A DNA stretch of 64,000 bases, from the IMG/VR virus record IMGVR_UViG_3300017782_000010, one strand, 5' to 3'. The first letter of the stretch is position 1; the number at the start of each line of letters is the position of its first letter. The translations under genes and the position numbers were made by a program. The notes below the pieces were generated by a model that saw only the letters and a program-made list of their open reading frames with translations, did not search any database and was not told the DNA's origin. Below are positions 8,285 to 19,222 of this stretch, in pieces. Source of the stretch: an uncultured virus (IMG/VR IMGVR_UViG_3300017782_000010). Taxonomy: Duplodnaviria; Heunggongvirae; Uroviricota; Caudoviricetes.

Positions 8285-10762
8285 ATGCGTTTTTATACCA
8301 ATGTTACCCAATGGGGTAATCAAATCCTCGTAAGAGAATACAAGAATGGTGAGCGACTTAATCACAAGGTTAAGTACTCACCAACTTTGTACGTTCCTGT
8401 CCAGAAAGAAACTGGATGGAAGACTCTTGATGGTAAGAATGTCATGCCATACAAACATGACACTATCAAGGGTGCAAAAGAATTCATACAACAATATCAG
8501 AACCAACCTCATCTGGTCTATGGACTAGACAGGTTTGCATACACTTATTTGTCAGACACATATCCAGACCGTGTGGAATGGGATAGTGACAAGATTCTTG
8601 TGTGTACAATTGATATTGAGACACAATGCGAGAACGGTTTTCCAGACCCAGAGAAGGCCGAAGAAGAAATGTTGTCTATCACCATCAAGAACCAAACCAC
8701 CAAGAAGATTGTGGTGTGGGGTATTGGTGACTATCAAAACGACAGAGAAGATATTACTTACATCAACTGTTCCAATGAGAACGAACTACTTGCATCGTTT
8801 ATGAACTTTTGGGTCAAACACTATCCAGATGCAATCACTGGTTGGAACACGGAGTTCTTTGATATTCCTTTCCTAGTCAATCGTGTGACCAAGGTTCTTG
8901 GTGAAGACCGAGCGAAAGAGTTTTCCCCTTGGGGCAACGTGTCATCACGTTCTGTGTATAGTCACGGTAGACCACAACAGGTCTATGACATTCAAGGTGT
9001 TGCAAACCTTGACTATCTACAACTGTATCAGAAGTTCACATACACTCGACAAGAATCATATCGACTTGACCATATCGCTTTTGTGGAGTTGGGTGAGAAG
9101 AAGAACGAAAACCCATACGACACTTTCAAAGATTGGTACACCAAAGACTATCAGTCATTCATTGACTACAACATCGTTGACGTTGAACTTGTTGACCGTC
9201 TGGAAGACAGGATGAAACTGTTGGAGTTGTTGTTCACCATGGCCTACGAGGCGAAGGTCAACTATGAAGATGTATTCGGACAGGTGAAGTATTGGGATGT
9301 TCTGATTCACAATTATCTCAAGAAGAAAAAGATTGTTATTCCTCAAAAGTCGCATTCATCAAAGTCTGACAAGTATGAAGGTGCATACGTCAAAGAACCA
9401 CAGGTTGGTCAACACAAGTGGGTTATGTCATTTGACTTGAACTCACTGTATCCACATCTTATCATGCAGTACAATATGTCACCAGAAACACTGGTCACTG
9501 GCGATTACATGAAACTGGACGTTGACACGATGTTGAAAGAAACACCAATTGATATTCCAGACCAATGCACTATTACACCTAACGGTGCGTTGTATCGTAA
9601 GGACAAGAAGGGTTTCCTTCCAGAGATGATGCAAGAGATTTACGATGACCGTACCATCTTCAAGAAAAAGATGTTGCGGGCCAAACAGGACTTTGAAGAT
9701 ACCAAAGACCCCAAGTATCAAAAGTATATCAGTCGTTACAACAACATCCAGATGGCTCGAAAGATTTCACTGAACTCTGCCTATGGTGCAATTGGTAATC
9801 AATACTTTCGTTACTATGACCTTGCGATTGCAGAAGGTATCACCAAGGCCGGTCAGTTGTCCATTCGTTGGATTGAGAAAAAGATTAATCAGTATCTAAA
9901 CAAGATACTCAATACAGAAGGTAAAGACTTTGTTATTGCATCTGACACAGATTCTATCTATGTTACATTTGACGCTATCATTGATGCAGTTAAACCAAAC
10001 AATCCCATCGACTTCCTTGATACGATTGCGAAAGAAAAGATTGAACCATTTATTGACAAGTCTTACAAAGAACTTGCAGATTATGTTCAGGCGTATGACC
10101 AGAAGATGCAGATGAAACGTGAGGTGGTTGCAGACAAAGGAATCTGGACTGCAAAGAAAAGGTACATTCTCAACGCATGGGATGTTGAAGGTGTACGTTT
10201 CAAAGAACCTCAACTAAAGATTATGGGTATCGAGGCTGTCAAGTCTTCAACGCCTGCACCATGTCGTGCAAAGATTAAAGAGGCACTGAAGATTATCATG
10301 TCTGGTGATGAGAAAGAACTCAACACTTTCATCCAAGACTTTCGTAAGGAGTTTATCAACTTACCTGTTGAGGAGATTGCATATCCTCGTTCTGTCAATG
10401 GACTAAAGAAGTTTCGTGACAGTGCATCCATCTATCGCAAAGGAACACCCATGCATATCAAGGGTTCACTTATTTACAATCATATGATAAGTGAGAAAAA
10501 CTTGAATGCTAAATATCCATATATTCAAGAGGGTGACAAGATTAAGTTCATTCAACTGCGACAACCCAACCCATTGGGTGCGAATGTCATATCTTTCATG
10601 ACAAAAGTTCCAAAAGAACTTGACATTCACAAGTATATCGACTATGATACACAATATGAAAAAGCATTTGTTGAACCACTATCTTTCATCACTGACAATA
10701 TCGGATGGAACATTGACCGTTCCTACGGTACGCAGACAACTTTGGAGGATTTCTTTGCATGA
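8285..10762 (+). CDS. gp43: Family B DNA polymerase
   Basis: DIET exonuclease motif, SFDLNSLYP, KISLNSAYG, SDTDS; C-terminal LEDFF clamp-binding tail. Confidence 0.98.
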   Translation: MRFYTNVTQWGNQILVREYKNGERLNHKVKYSPTLYVPVQKETGWKTLDGKNVMPYKHDTIKGAKEFIQQYQNQPHLVYGLDRFAYTYLSDTYPDRVEWDSDKILVCTIDIETQCENGFPDPEKAEEEMLSITIKNQTTKKIVVWGIGDYQNDREDITYINCSNENELLASFMNFWVKHYPDAITGWNTEFFDIPFLVNRVTKVLGEDRAKEFSPWGNVSSRSVYSHGRPQQVYDIQGVANLDYLQLYQKFTYTRQESYRLDHIAFVELGEKKNENPYDTFKDWYTKDYQSFIDYNIVDVELVDRLEDRMKLLELLFTMAYEAKVNYEDVFGQVKYWDVLIHNYLKKKKIVIPQKSHSSKSDKYEGAYVKEPQVGQHKWVMSFDLNSLYPHLIMQYNMSPETLVTGDYMKLDVDTMLKETPIDIPDQCTITPNGALYRKDKKGFLPEMMQEIYDDRTIFKKKMLRAKQDFEDTKDPKYQKYISRYNNIQMARKISLNSAYGAIGNQYFRYYDLAIAEGITKAGQLSIRWIEKKINQYLNKILNTEGKDFVIASDTDSIYVTFDAIIDAVKPNNPIDFLDTIAKEKIEPFIDKSYKELADYVQAYDQKMQMKREVVADKGIWTAKKRYILNAWDVEGVRFKEPQLKIMGIEAVKSSTPAPCRAKIKEALKIIMSGDEKELNTFIQDFRKEFINLPVEEIAYPRSVNGLKKFRDSASIYRKGTPMHIKGSLIYNHMISEKNLNAKYPYIQEGDKIKFIQLRQPNPLGANVISFMTKVPKELDIHKYIDYDTQYEKAFVEPLSFITDNIGWNIDRSYGTQTTLEDFFA

Positions 10763-11907
10763 GTTATAAACCATACACAATACAAGATGTGCGTGATGCA
10801 TCTGCACAAAACAAATTTAAAGTCATCTCTACCTTTGCTGGTGGGGGTGGTTCTTCTACAGGATATCGTCTTGCAGGCGGTAAGATTCTTTGCATGAATG
10901 AATTTGTAGAAGAGGCCCAGAACACTTATAGAGAAAACTACCCAGATACACCAATCTTGCCAGGCGACATCAAACAGTTGTCTGGTAAAGACTTTTTAGA
11001 TGTTGCTGGACTTGAGGTTGGAGAACTTGATATTCTTGATGGTTCACCACCTTGTTCTGCATTTTCAGTTGCTGGTAAAATGTGTCATACTACTGGTGGT
11101 AAACACTCTGATGGTTGGGGTCAAACTAAAAAGTATTCTGATGGTAAGATGGTCGAGAACATTGAAGACTTGTTCTTTGAGTTTCTACGAGTTGCAGATG
11201 AGATTAGACCAAAAGTAATTATTGCAGAGAATGTTGCAGGCCTGACTATTGGTGAGGCAAAACAATACTTCAACAAGATTCAGAACACATTTGACCAGAT
11301 TGGTTATGATGTTTGTGCAAAGGTTTTAGATAGTCGTTACTTTGGTGTATCCCAGACAAGAACTAGAGTGTTCTTTATCGGTGTTCGTAATGATGTAACT
11401 ACTAAAGTTGGTTTGACATTCATGAACATTGGTAGTGTGTTCCCAGAGAACTTTGACTATGTTGTTCCTTTGAAGGATGCACTCAATGGTCTAGAGTATG
11501 ACAAAGAAGAAGTTGATATGTTGACTGAAAGATTCTTGGGTACAAAGTACTGGCAGGACACTGGTGCAAAGATGCCAACTTTCCCAGAGAGAGTTTTGAA
11601 TGGTGATGACTTCAATGAACGAAACAGTCACTTCAATTTGAAGAGAGTTTCATTAGAACAACCAGCCCCCACAATTACTGCAATGGGTTCTGGTATTACT
11701 AATGCTGGTTCATTCCACTGGTCTGAACCTAGAAAACTAACTATTGGTGAACTGATGAGAATTCAATCCCTTCCAGATGACTTTGTTCTTACTGGTAAGT
11801 GGAATCAACGTGCAGAAAGAATTGGTAGGATGGTGCCACCTTTGATGTTAAAGGCGATTGCATCATCTGTTTATGAAAAGGTGATAGGAGTATACAACAA
11901 TGGCTGA
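10759..11907 (+). CDS. C5 cytosine methyltransferase family protein, probable carboxymethyltransferase
   Basis: FAGGGG, GSPPC, ENV, QTRTRVF; motif X reads GRMVPP instead of GNxVP. Confidence 0.85.
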   Translation: MSYKPYTIQDVRDASAQNKFKVISTFAGGGGSSTGYRLAGGKILCMNEFVEEAQNTYRENYPDTPILPGDIKQLSGKDFLDVAGLEVGELDILDGSPPCSAFSVAGKMCHTTGGKHSDGWGQTKKYSDGKMVENIEDLFFEFLRVADEIRPKVIIAENVAGLTIGEAKQYFNKIQNTFDQIGYDVCAKVLDSRYFGVSQTRTRVFFIGVRNDVTTKVGLTFMNIGSVFPENFDYVVPLKDALNGLEYDKEEVDMLTERFLGTKYWQDTGAKMPTFPERVLNGDDFNERNSHFNLKRVSLEQPAPTITAMGSGITNAGSFHWSEPRKLTIGELMRIQSLPDDFVLTGKWNQRAERIGRMVPPLMLKAIASSVYEKVIGVYNNG

Positions 11908-12595
11908 CTTTACATTCGCACATCGTGAAGAGGGTTTTGATGAACATATCGAAAACTCTATTCGTGGTTATGGACATTTACTAGAGGACATTGTTAGTCT
12001 ATCTCGTTACTTTGTAGAGAACGATACAAACGTGTATGACCTTGGTTGTTCTACAGGTAAGATGACACAAAGACTAATCGAGGCCAACTATGACCATTGT
12101 ACTGATGCAAGTTGGTACGGTATTGAGATTGCAGATGGGTTTCAAGATGACCTTGTAAAACGTGAAGATGTAATTTATAAGTTTGACCCAAACGCTTGGG
12201 TGTACTTTGAACATGAAGATATTAGAGATACAGAAATTCATAATGCATCTCTTGTTACTTCTATCTTTACTTTACAGTTTATGCCCAAGAGAGATAGGAA
12301 ACAAGTTATTAAAAATATCTATCACGGTTTGAACTGTGGTGGTGCGTTTATCTTCTCTGAGAAAACAATCTGTGAGAATGCAACTTTTCAAGATATGTTG
12401 ACATTCAATTATTATGACTATAAAAGAAAGTCATTTGACACTGAAGATATTATGAACAAAGAACGAACTCTTAGACATATGATGAAACCAAATACATGGA
12501 ACGAACTTACAGACATGATATATAATGCTGGGTTCAAGGACGTTCAACCGTTTTGGCGTAACCATATGTTCGTGGGTGCAATTGCAGTAAAGTGA
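11900..12595 (+). CDS. cmoA: CmoA-like carboxy-S-adenosylmethionine synthase
   Basis: DFTF..FDEHIENSIRGY, YDLGCSTG, FTLQF, GGAFIFSEK, YDYKRK pattern of CmoA. Confidence 0.8.
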   Translation: MADFTFAHREEGFDEHIENSIRGYGHLLEDIVSLSRYFVENDTNVYDLGCSTGKMTQRLIEANYDHCTDASWYGIEIADGFQDDLVKREDVIYKFDPNAWVYFEHEDIRDTEIHNASLVTSIFTLQFMPKRDRKQVIKNIYHGLNCGGAFIFSEKTICENATFQDMLTFNYYDYKRKSFDTEDIMNKERTLRHMMKPNTWNELTDMIYNAGFKDVQPFWRNHMFVGAIAVK

Positions 12596-12603
12596 GGTAA
12601 ATT

Positions 12604-13005
12604 ATGACTGTTGATTTTAATAAGTATGCAGAATTCGTGGATGAGGTGACTAGTCAAGCATCAAAAGATGCTGAGTACTTCACTGAGTCTTGTGAGATTG
12701 TTGAAGAACATGGTGTTCAACCAGAAAGGATTCTGACTGCCGCAATCGGTATTACGGCCGAAGGTGGTGAGTTCGCAGAGATTGTGAAGAAGTGTTTCTT
12801 CCAAGGTAAACCCTTTGATGAAGATGCACAATACCATGCAAAACGAGAATTAGGAGATATCATGTGGTACATAGCCCAGGCTTGTATCGCACTAGATATT
12901 ACTATAGATGATGTGATTGAAACAAATATCGAAAAGTTGGAGGCAAGATACCCAGGCGGTTTTGATGCGTATCTCTCTGAAAATCGAAAGGATGGTGATA
13001 TATAA
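12604..13005 (+). CDS. mazG: MazG-like nucleotide pyrophosphohydrolase
   Basis: [29 protein letters not shown]. Confidence 0.9.
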   Translation: MTVDFNKYAEFVDEVTSQASKDAEYFTESCEIVEEHGVQPERILTAAIGITAEGGEFAEIVKKCFFQGKPFDEDAQYHAKRELGDIMWYIAQACIALDITIDDVIETNIEKLEARYPGGFDAYLSENRKDGDI

Positions 13006-13007
13006 CT

Positions 13008-14063
13008 ATGGAATTTTTGAAAAACATTGCTAAGACGGCGGGCAACGAATACGCCGCACTCGTATCTGAGGGTGTAGAGGCTGGTGACGTTGATAACTTT
13101 ATTGACACTGGTTCATATATCTTTAATGCGTTACTGAGTGGGTCAATCTATGGTGGATTGCCTGCGAACAAGATTACTGCTGTTGCTGGTGAAAGTGCAA
13201 CAGGTAAAACATTTTTCGTGATGGGAATGGTGAAGTCGTTCTTGGATGCAAATCCAAACGCTGGTGTTTTGTACTTTGAATCAGAAAGTGCAATCACTAA
13301 ACAAATGGTTGTTGATAGGGGTATTGACCCAGAACGTATGGTCATTCTACCAGTAACAACTGTACAAGAGTTTAGAACACAGGCAATTCGTGTACTGGAT
13401 GATTACCTAAGACAAGATGAAGCAAACAGACAACCAATTATGTTATGTCTTGATTCACTTGGTATGTTGTCAACTACAAAAGAGGTTGATGATACTGCCG
13501 AAGGTAAGGAAACCAGAGATATGACACGGGCCCAAGTTCTCAAGGCCGCATTTAGAGTATTGACCTTGAAACTTGGTAAGGCAAAAGTACCAATGATTGT
13601 TACCAACCATACATATGACGTTGTAGGTTCTATGTTCCCAACAAAAGAAATGGGTGGTGGTTCTGGTCTGAAGTATGCCGCATCTTCAATCGTGTATCTT
13701 TCAAAGAAGAAAGAGAAAGACGGTACTGAAGTTGTTGGTAATATCATTCACTGTAAAAATCAGAAGTCACGTTTGACTATCGAAAACAAGATGGTTGATG
13801 TACGTCTGATGTATGAACGTGGATTGGATAGGTACTATGGTCTACTTGAACTTGCTCTCAAGGCAGGTATCTTTAAATCAGTTTCCACTCGTATTGAACT
13901 ACCAGATGGCACAAAGACATTCGGTAAGACAATCAATAATGACCCAGAAAAATTCTATACTGAAGATGTAATGCGTCAACTTGACGAATTTGCACAGAAA
14001 GAATTCAAGTATGGTAATCATCAAGAGGTGGAAGTTGAAGATGCAGTTCAAGAATCTGAATGA
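13008..14063 (+). CDS. uvsX: RecA-like recombinase UvsX
   Basis: [25 protein letters not shown]. Confidence 0.95.
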   Translation: MEFLKNIAKTAGNEYAALVSEGVEAGDVDNFIDTGSYIFNALLSGSIYGGLPANKITAVAGESATGKTFFVMGMVKSFLDANPNAGVLYFESESAITKQMVVDRGIDPERMVILPVTTVQEFRTQAIRVLDDYLRQDEANRQPIMLCLDSLGMLSTTKEVDDTAEGKETRDMTRAQVLKAAFRVLTLKLGKAKVPMIVTNHTYDVVGSMFPTKEMGGGSGLKYAASSIVYLSKKKEKDGTEVVGNIIHCKNQKSRLTIENKMVDVRLMYERGLDRYYGLLELALKAGIFKSVSTRIELPDGTKTFGKTINNDPEKFYTEDVMRQLDEFAQKEFKYGNHQEVEVEDAVQESE

Positions 14064-14607
14064 AAACTACATTCGTGTCTATGATGATGTGATTCCACAA
14101 CTCATGTGTGACCACATGATTGAGGAGTTTGAAAAGAACGAAGACCAGTTTGATAAACAAACACTAAAGGGTCATCGTTCTTTTACTCAAATTACATTGC
14201 AACAGTATAAGAACTGGAAACCATATCAAGATAACTTGCAGTACGCCTTCAATAGTTGTATCGACAGATACATGGAAGATTGTGATGTAACTAACAAGAT
14301 GTTCCCAGAACAATATGCTTATGAAATGTATCGCATGAAACGATACGAACCAAATGGTGTTGATGAATTTCATGACCATGTAGATGTAGGAAACTATGCA
14401 TCTGCAAGACGGTTCTTGGTATTTTTTCTATACCTCAATGAACCAGAAGGTGGTGAAACAGATTTCCCCCAGAGGGATATTTCTGTAACACCGAAGGCAG
14501 GTAGAATGTTGATGTTCCCACCAATGTGGACACATCTTCACGCAGGCCGAAAAGTAACAGGTGACAAATCCAAATATATAATTGGAAGTTACCTTCATTA
14601 TGTTTAA
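14041..14607 (+). CDS. 2OG-Fe(II) oxygenase (prolyl-4-hydroxylase-like)
   Basis: HxD (HVD), [21 protein letters not shown]. Confidence 0.88.
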   Translation: MQFKNLNENYIRVYDDVIPQLMCDHMIEEFEKNEDQFDKQTLKGHRSFTQITLQQYKNWKPYQDNLQYAFNSCIDRYMEDCDVTNKMFPEQYAYEMYRMKRYEPNGVDEFHDHVDVGNYASARRFLVFFLYLNEPEGGETDFPQRDISVTPKAGRMLMFPPMWTHLHAGRKVTGDKSKYIIGSYLHYV

Positions 14608-14616
14608 GGAGAAATT

Positions 14617-14916
14617 ATGGTAAACGGTAAAGTAGTATCACTAGTAACACTTGCTGGTGAGTACATTGGCAAATTTATGCATGAGAATAATGGAAACATT
14701 ACACTTGAGAATCCAAGAATGTTGGTAAATACCCCAGACGGCAAAGTAGGTTTCGCAAGGGGTATCTGTATGACAGGTACAGAAAATCCAAAACAGGGAA
14801 TGTTTTATGCTGGTGGAGTTGTTATTCTAACAGAAACTAATCCAGAATTTAGTGCTGCATACACGGAGGCAGTAACAGGCCTTGCCGTTCCAGCACAAGG
14901 TAAGGTTATTATCTAA
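14617..14916 (+). CDS. Hypothetical protein, possible Sm-like fold
   Basis: VSLVTLAGEYIGK..ITLENPR beta-rich pattern; RBS AAGGAG. Confidence 0.6.
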   Translation: MVNGKVVSLVTLAGEYIGKFMHENNGNITLENPRMLVNTPDGKVGFARGICMTGTENPKQGMFYAGGVVILTETNPEFSAAYTEAVTGLAVPAQGKVII

Positions 14917-15242
14917 TGAAGGACATGGGCGATTACTTCAAATATGTAGAAAACAAAGACCAGAAATGGACAGGTATTGGACTGACTGAGAAGGCAGGAA
15001 AGTACCAAGGTGTTGTATATCGCTATGGTAAAGTAGATGTTTCAGAGGATAAAAAAACTGACAAAGCTACTTTACATTTTGAATGGGATATGTTAGATTC
15101 TAATGACTTACCAAAAGACTTTTTTGGTGATGATTTTTTTGAACTTGCTGGAGACATTCTTCAGCATATTATTATGGAACAATTAAACGAGGGTAGTTTA
15201 CAATATGTCGATGCAGACGATAGAGAGAACCACACTAACTAA
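14916..15242 (+). CDS. Conserved T4-like protein in the gp40 position
   Basis: Between uvsX and gp41; GVVYRYGKV motif. Confidence 0.6.
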   Translation: MKDMGDYFKYVENKDQKWTGIGLTEKAGKYQGVVYRYGKVDVSEDKKTDKATLHFEWDMLDSNDLPKDFFGDDFFELAGDILQHIIMEQLNEGSLQYVDADDRENHTN

Positions 15243-16602
15243 TCTGATTTGGGATGAGGATTACGCAAGGAAAGTAATCCCATTTATCAAACCAGAATAT
15301 TATGCAGATAAGAATGAACGTGTAATCTTTGAAGAGATTACGAAGTTCACTGAAAAGTACAATGCAATTCCGACACAGGAAGCTCTCACTATCGAACTCG
15401 ACAATCGAAAGGATGTCAATGATGATGAGTATAAGAAAATCGTGGGTATCATTGCTTCGCTTGAAAAGACAGATGTTGACACGCAATGGTTACTTGATAC
15501 CACAGAAAAGTTTTGCAAAGACAAAGCAATCTACAATGCGGTTGTTGAAGGAATAGGAATTATTGATGGAAAGGATAAGGAGAGAACACCAGAAGCAATC
15601 CCATCCATTCTATCTGAGGCACTTGCAGTATCATTTGATACTAATATTGGTCACGACTACGTTGAAGATGGTTCAGAACGATTTGACTTCTATCACAAGA
15701 AAGAAGAGAAGATTGCGTTTGACCTAGATTATTTCAACAAGATTACTAAAGGTGGATTACCACAAAAGACATTGAATATCGCACTGGCCGGAACTGGTGT
15801 TGGTAAGTCGTTGTTCATGTGTCATGTTGCGTCATCAACACTTATGCAAGGTAAGAATGTTCTGTACATCACAATGGAGATGGCAGAAGAACGTATTGCA
15901 GAACGTATTGATGCGAATCTAATGAATGTTACAATGGATGACTTGCATTCTCTTCCAAAGAAGATGTTTGAAACACAGTTATCCAAGATACAAAAAAAGA
16001 CAAACGGAAAGTTGATTATTAAGGAATACCCAACTGCGTCAGCACACGTTGGACATTTCAGAAGTCTTATCAAGGAACTCGCACTAAAACGTAGTTTCAG
16101 ACCAGACATTATTTTTATTGATTATCTAAATATATGTGCATCTTCACGATTCAAAGGAAATGCAAATGTAGGCTCTTACTTCTATATCAAGTCGATTGCA
16201 GAAGAACTAAGAGGACTTGCAGTGGAAACGAATGTACCCATCATGTCTGCAACCCAGACAACACGAACAGGGTTCACTTCCACAGACATTGGACTAGAAG
16301 ACACTTCAGAAAGTTTTGGTTTGCCTGCAACGGCCGACCTAATGTTTGCACTAATCTCGACAGAGGAACTAGAAGACCTCAATCAGATTGTGGTCAAACA
16401 ATTGAAGAACCGATACAATGACCCTACTATGAATAAGAGATTTGTATTGGGAATAGACAGAGCAAAGATGCGTCTGTATGATTGTGAACAAGAAGCACAG
16501 GGAGATTTAGTTGATAGTGGACAAGATGAAAATGTATTCGATAACACACCGTTTGCTGGAAAGAGCAAAGGATATGAAAAATTCTCTGACCTCAAGGTAT
16601 AG
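15205..16602 (+). CDS. gp41: Replicative DnaB-like helicase
   Basis: LAGTGVGKS, ITMEMAEE, IKEYPT, IDYLNI, SESFGLPATAD. Confidence 0.96.
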   Translation: MSMQTIERTTLTNLIWDEDYARKVIPFIKPEYYADKNERVIFEEITKFTEKYNAIPTQEALTIELDNRKDVNDDEYKKIVGIIASLEKTDVDTQWLLDTTEKFCKDKAIYNAVVEGIGIIDGKDKERTPEAIPSILSEALAVSFDTNIGHDYVEDGSERFDFYHKKEEKIAFDLDYFNKITKGGLPQKTLNIALAGTGVGKSLFMCHVASSTLMQGKNVLYITMEMAEERIAERIDANLMNVTMDDLHSLPKKMFETQLSKIQKKTNGKLIIKEYPTASAHVGHFRSLIKELALKRSFRPDIIFIDYLNICASSRFKGNANVGSYFYIKSIAEELRGLAVETNVPIMSATQTTRTGFTSTDIGLEDTSESFGLPATADLMFALISTEELEDLNQIVVKQLKNRYNDPTMNKRFVLGIDRAKMRLYDCEQEAQGDLVDSGQDENVFDNTPFAGKSKGYEKFSDLKV

Positions 16603-16798
16603 GAAGAAGGAACAAATAAAGTACTTCACTGACGTAAACCTTGAGACAAAACTATGGGAAGTCATCGAACTTCCATCACGAAGAGTTGTGCAAGATTTTC
16701 AGTTTGAAGAAGATGCATCTAGAGTTTGTTACCACTTAAACAAGAATAAACCGTTTGGTGAACACCCTATGCCTGCTTTTTTGACTGTTAAGGGTTGA
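16574..16798 (+). CDS. Hypothetical protein
   Basis: ORF with RBS AAGGA; ends at the next promoter. Confidence 0.55.
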   Translation: MKNSLTSRYRKKEQIKYFTDVNLETKLWEVIELPSRRVVQDFQFEEDASRVCYHLNKNKPFGEHPMPAFLTVKG

Positions 16799-16817
16799 CA
16801 ATCTAAATCACTTGTTA

Positions 16818-16825
16818 TATAAATA
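16818..16825 (+). promoter_or_regulatory. T4 late promoter heading the putative internal-protein block
   Basis: TATAAATA; TTGACA also at 16795-16800. Confidence 0.75.
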
Positions 16826-16853
16826 AGTATGTAATTTATATGGAGTGATTGAA

Positions 16854-17990
16854 ATGTTAACTCTCAAGGAACATATTGAACTTGTAGAGGCAAAGGGTAA
16901 AAAACCAAGGGGTGCAGAGTTTGAGAATATCATCTGTGCAGCCTACAATATGAAATCCTTGCGTCAAGACAAGAAAGCGGCAATCAAATCAGCAGAAACC
17001 AATTGGAAACCACTTTATGATGATTGGATGGAAGTTGGTGACAAGATTGTAAAAAATGCATTTGGTAGACCAAGTGGAACTATGAAACACTTTGGTTCTG
17101 GTAACGCACCACTTAATCCTAAATGGGATTCTTACTTCATTCAAACCACAGGTAAACCTGCCGGTGGTTCTACAAAAACACCTAAAACTGATATGTATAT
17201 TAATAAACAACATATTAGTCTAAAAAAATATGGTGGTTCTCAACTTATGTCTGGTGGTAAGGCAGAAACACTTGCAACATTGGCCGCCGCATATGACAAT
17301 CTATCTGACAGCGTGAAAAGTAAAGCACTCAATGAGTCTTGGAATTCATTGACAGATGATATCGAAAAAGAATTCACATCATTCAAGTTGCCTGCTGGTG
17401 GACAGATTAATGATTTCAAGGCTGCTATCAAAGACGGTGTTGACGATGATTTGACTAATTGGGTAAAAGAAAGATTGCAGAAACAGACTGCAATGACTGA
17501 AGCACTAAAAGACCTTCTTAATACACCAGAGATTAATAAAGAGGTCGTCCGTGAGGCAATGACTGGCAATCAAAAGTTTAAAGACCCATTACCAAAAGCA
17601 ACTCACATTTTAAAGTTTGATGAAAACGGTAAATCGGATTATGTGGCAATTAACGATAAGTATGTTGATTATGTTGCATCACAAACCTCATTTAATATTT
17701 CGTTTAAAACATCTGGTACAGGTGGAAGTGCTTGGACAGCGACAAAAGGTATTTTTAAAGAAGCATTTGACCATGCATATCAAGAGGAAGTATTATATGA
17801 AGGTTTATTTGACAAGGTTGTATCTGGTGTAAAATCTGGTGTTCAATTCTTAAAAAATATTCTCAAGAAAATGTTATCTTATATTTGGAATAAGGTAAAG
17901 GCATTACTTGTTTCTGGTATCGACAAAGTACAAGAAATCTTGGGTGTTAAACTTGATGTATCCAATGGTAATCCAAAAGTGAGATTCTAA
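16854..17990 (+). CDS. Putative PD-(D/E)xK-like nuclease with capsid-targeting-like N-terminus
   Basis: MLTLKEHIELVE; E...TPKTD...ISLK motif. Confidence 0.5.
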   Translation: MLTLKEHIELVEAKGKKPRGAEFENIICAAYNMKSLRQDKKAAIKSAETNWKPLYDDWMEVGDKIVKNAFGRPSGTMKHFGSGNAPLNPKWDSYFIQTTGKPAGGSTKTPKTDMYINKQHISLKKYGGSQLMSGGKAETLATLAAAYDNLSDSVKSKALNESWNSLTDDIEKEFTSFKLPAGGQINDFKAAIKDGVDDDLTNWVKERLQKQTAMTEALKDLLNTPEINKEVVREAMTGNQKFKDPLPKATHILKFDENGKSDYVAINDKYVDYVASQTSFNISFKTSGTGGSAWTATKGIFKEAFDHAYQEEVLYEGLFDKVVSGVKSGVQFLKNILKKMLSYIWNKVKALLVSGIDKVQEILGVKLDVSNGNPKVRF

Positions 17991-19222
17991 TGCAGTCGCT
18001 AATGGAAAACAAAGCAGGAAAGAATCTGCACTTAGAACACATTGAAGATGAAATCTTAAACTTTGGTGTGCCCGGCGGTAGGGCCGCAATCAACTTCATG
18101 CGTTCACTGAGAGATATGTTTTCTGGTGCAAGTCGTAGTTCAGTTAACATGACTGTGAAGTGGGATGGTGCGCCTGCGATATTCGCTGGTATTGACCCAG
18201 AGGATAATAAGTTTTTCGTTGCAAAGAAATCGGTATTCAACGTAGAACCGAAACTCTATAAGACAGAGGAAGAGATTGATGCTGATTTATCTGGAAATCT
18301 TAATTCTAAATTTAAGATTGCACTCAAAGAATTTTCTAAGTTGGGTATTACAGGGGTACTGCAAGGTGACCTCATGTTTACAGACGATGTTGAAAAGACA
18401 ACCATTGACGGCACAAAGTATTATACTTTTCAGCCTAATACTATTGTATATGCTGTTCCGACAGATAGTGACCTTGGTAAAGTAATTAACAGTGCAAAGA
18501 TTGGTGTCGTATGGCATACAACATATACTGGTTCTGCACTGCAAGATATGAAGGCATCATTCGGTGCAAACATTAGTAAACTAACAAAGACTTCATCTGT
18601 ATGGATGGATGATGCAACATATAAGGATGCATCTGGTACTGCAACATTTACATCTGCTGAAAACGCAACTGTAACTGGTCACTTATCAAACGCTGGTAAG
18701 TCCTTCCACCAAATTAACTCTGCAAAATTATCTAAGTTCCTTAGATTGCAAAACTCGCTGACAGGTAAACTTGTTGGTGCATCACTCAAGACATACAACA
18801 ACTCAAAGGTTCGTAAGGGTGAAGCAATCAAGAATCCAAAACAACACGCAGCCGGATATATCACTTGGGTGGAAAATCACTTTGCAAAAGAGGTTGACAA
18901 AGTAAAAACCGAAAAGAGTAAAGATGTTCTGAGAACAAAAGGTAAAGAATACGCAAGAGAATTTAAGAAAGATTTAACAAATTTAGAGGCGGTTATTGCG
19001 TTCCAATCACATCTAGTAAATGCCAAGATGGGGATTGTGAAAAAACTAAATAGTGTAAAGGGTTTAACTGATACCTTTATCAAGACTAGTAATGGATTTA
19101 AAGTGACTAACCCAGAGGGCTATGTTGCAATTGATAGGGTATCTGGTGACGCTGTGAAGTTAGTCGATAGAATGGAATTTAGTTTCAATAACTTTACTGC
19201 AATAAAGGCATGGGATAAATGA
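17990..19222 (+). CDS. Putative ATP-dependent ligase/nucleotidyltransferase-like protein
   Basis: TVKWDG (motif I KxDG), LQGDLM, EGYV, VKLVDR. Confidence 0.55.
   Translation: MQSLMENKAGKNLHLEHIEDEILNFGVPGGRAAINFMRSLRDMFSGASRSSVNMTVKWDGAPAIFAGIDPEDNKFFVAKKSVFNVEPKLYKTEEEIDADLSGNLNSKFKIALKEFSKLGITGVLQGDLMFTDDVEKTTIDGTKYYTFQPNTIVYAVPTDSDLGKVINSAKIGVVWHTTYTGSALQDMKASFGANISKLTKTSSVWMDDATYKDASGTATFTSAENATVTGHLSNAGKSFHQINSAKLSKFLRLQNSLTGKLVGASLKTYNNSKVRKGEAIKNPKQHAAGYITWVENHFAKEVDKVKTEKSKDVLRTKGKEYAREFKKDLTNLEAVIAFQSHLVNAKMGIVKKLNSVKGLTDTFIKTSNGFKVTNPEGYVAIDRVSGDAVKLVDRMEFSFNNFTAIKAWDK

Noticed and set aside
8285..16602. Introns or inteins in gp43, uvsX and gp41
   Set aside because: The ORFs are continuous and of normal length with no intein termini.
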